Assembly (NCBI GenBank): GCA_011390315.1
Contig: JAABSQ010000151.1
Span: 1 to 43,199 of the forward strand
Length of the DNA stretch: 43,199 nt
Reading direction: 5' to 3'
Origin: Desulfobacteraceae bacterium
Lineage (GTDB): Bacteria; Desulfobacterota; Desulfobacteria; Desulfobacterales; Desulfococcaceae
Shown: in pieces, positions 42,168-43,199 of the stretch
Position numbering within the stretch: position 1 is the stretch's first letter
Layout of the letters: each line of letters opens with the position of its first letter
Notes under the pieces: model-generated
What the model was told of the DNA's origin: nothing
Seen by the model: only the letters and a program-made list of their open reading frames with translations
Databases searched by the model: none
Made by a program: the position numbers and the translations under genes

Positions 42168-43199
42168 ATGCCCACCGAACAATTTCAATCCGTATGCAAG
42201 GCCATGGCCGATCCGGATTTCTATCCCCATCCGGTTTCAAACCTTCAACGTCTCGACACCCATATTTCCACCGTTTTTCTGACCGGTGACTGGGTCTACA
42301 AACTCAAAAGACCCGTGGATGTCGGCTTTCTCGATTACCGAAAGCCGGAAGACCGCCGGTATTACTGCGAGCGGGAGGTCGACCTCAACCGACGGCTCAG
42401 CCGGGGGGTTTACGAGGGGATGGTCACCATTTACGAGACTTCGAAGGGCTTTTCCCTTTCGGAAGAGGGCCAAGCAGCCGAATATGCGGTGAAGATGAAA
42501 CAGCTTCCGGACCGGGCCCGGCTCGACACCCTTCTGCATCAGAATCGGATCACCTCGGATCAACTATCGGCCCTGGGCCGAATGTTGGCCGATTTTTATG
42601 CGGACAGTGAAGGCGGTTCCGAAATCGACCGGTACGGGCGCCGGGATGTCGTGATCTACAATTCAGAGGAAAACTTCATGCAGCTCGACCCCTTTGTCGA
42701 CCGGTTGTTCGACAGGGCGCCCTGGAAATTCATTCAGGAGGTCAACCGGGCTTTTTTGGATCACCATCAAGCCCTCTTTGAACGGCGGCTGCAAGAAGGC
42801 AAAATCCGCGACGGGCACGGGGACCTGCGGACCGAACACATCTACTATCTGGACCGGATTCAGATCATCGACTGCATCGAGTTCAACGACCGGTTCCGGT
42901 ACGGGGATGCGGCGGTGGATATGGCCTTTCTGCACATGGATATGGAATACCTCGGATATCCGGATGCCGCCCAGACGGTGCTGAAAGCCTATGCAAAACG
43001 GGGAGATGATCCCGAGGTGTACGCCCTGATCGATTTTTATGCCGCTTACCGTGCCATTGTTCGATTGAAAATCGCCTGCATTCGATACCGGGATGCCGAA
43101 TCCGAACAGGAGCGGAAATCGGTTCAAGAAAAGATCGATACCCATCTGAATCTGGCCTACCGCCATACCCTGATGTTCAGCCGCCCCACCCTCTGGGTG
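42168..43199 (+). CDS. Aminoglycoside-phosphotransferase-like kinase domain protein (5' part; probably the N-terminal half of a bifunctional APH-like/P-loop protein), runs off the right edge
   Basis: Own translation from ATG 42168: 344 codons open to the window end, absent from the ORF track because there is no stop. MPTEQFQSVCKAMADPDFYPHP... Kinase catalytic loop HGDLRTEHIY and IDCIEFN. GGAGA RBS. Confidence 0.7.
   Translation, partial: MPTEQFQSVCKAMADPDFYPHPVSNLQRLDTHISTVFLTGDWVYKLKRPVDVGFLDYRKPEDRRYYCEREVDLNRRLSRGVYEGMVTIYETSKGFSLSEEGQAAEYAVKMKQLPDRARLDTLLHQNRITSDQLSALGRMLADFYADSEGGSEIDRYGRRDVVIYNSEENFMQLDPFVDRLFDRAPWKFIQEVNRAFLDHHQALFERRLQEGKIRDGHGDLRTEHIYYLDRIQIIDCIEFNDRFRYGDAAVDMAFLHMDMEYLGYPDAAQTVLKAYAKRGDDPEVYALIDFYAAYRAIVRLKIACIRYRDAESEQERKSVQEKIDTHLNLAYRHTLMFSRPTLWV

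Overview
Moderately GC-rich chromosomal segment with AT-rich intergenic islands. It is almost entirely core or housekeeping genes. Gene content suggests an anaerobic Desulfobacterota-type deltaproteobacterium: tungstate uptake, a split atpZ-atpI-atpB-atpE operon, a PxxKW cysteine-rich protein and many PaaK/LUD-type genes. This taxonomic placement is an inference only. Left to right: (1) tupABC tungstate ABC transporter (-). (2) A PilZ protein cotranscribed with a CitE/malyl-CoA-lyase-like gene. (3) A short-chain-acid module: satP acetate channel and a PrpE-like acyl-CoA synthetase (-). (4) An MCP with a C-terminal PilZ domain (+). (5) LUD-domain protein, aminotransferase, PxxKW protein, Xaa-Pro aminopeptidase, PaaK-like ligase and a TolC-like lipoprotein with two SH3b domains (all -). 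(6) The conserved rpsF-rpsR-DUF2232-rplI-dnaB-hflX-suhB block (+). (7) dnaA (-), divergent from uvrA (+), with a candidate oriC between them. (8) atpZ-atpI-atpB-atpE, a PyrK-like subunit and DUF3108 (-). (9) A tandem-Nudix fusion plus a Zn-ribbon protein (+), converging on a 739-aa metallo-beta-lactamase protein with two cNMP-binding domains (-). (10) A YchJ-like gene. (11) A BMP-family ABC transporter operon with gpt embedded in it (+). (12) The 5' part of an APH-like phosphotransferase gene. I saw no rRNA, tRNA, CRISPR array, transposase, integrase or phage genes. The most unusual items are: (a) a small two-helix membrane ORF interrupted by an in-frame TGA in a C-x-x-TGA context, a candidate selenoprotein; (b) the MBL + 2x cNMP-binding protein with an uncharacterised about 225-aa N-terminal domain, a candidate cyclic-nucleotide-gated phosphodiesterase; (c) the PxxKW gene with a near-consensus promoter followed by a strong intrinsic terminator in its leader; (d) an orphan TolC-like/SH3b fusion. 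All promoter, terminator and motif calls come from reading the sequence by eye and are not statistically scored.
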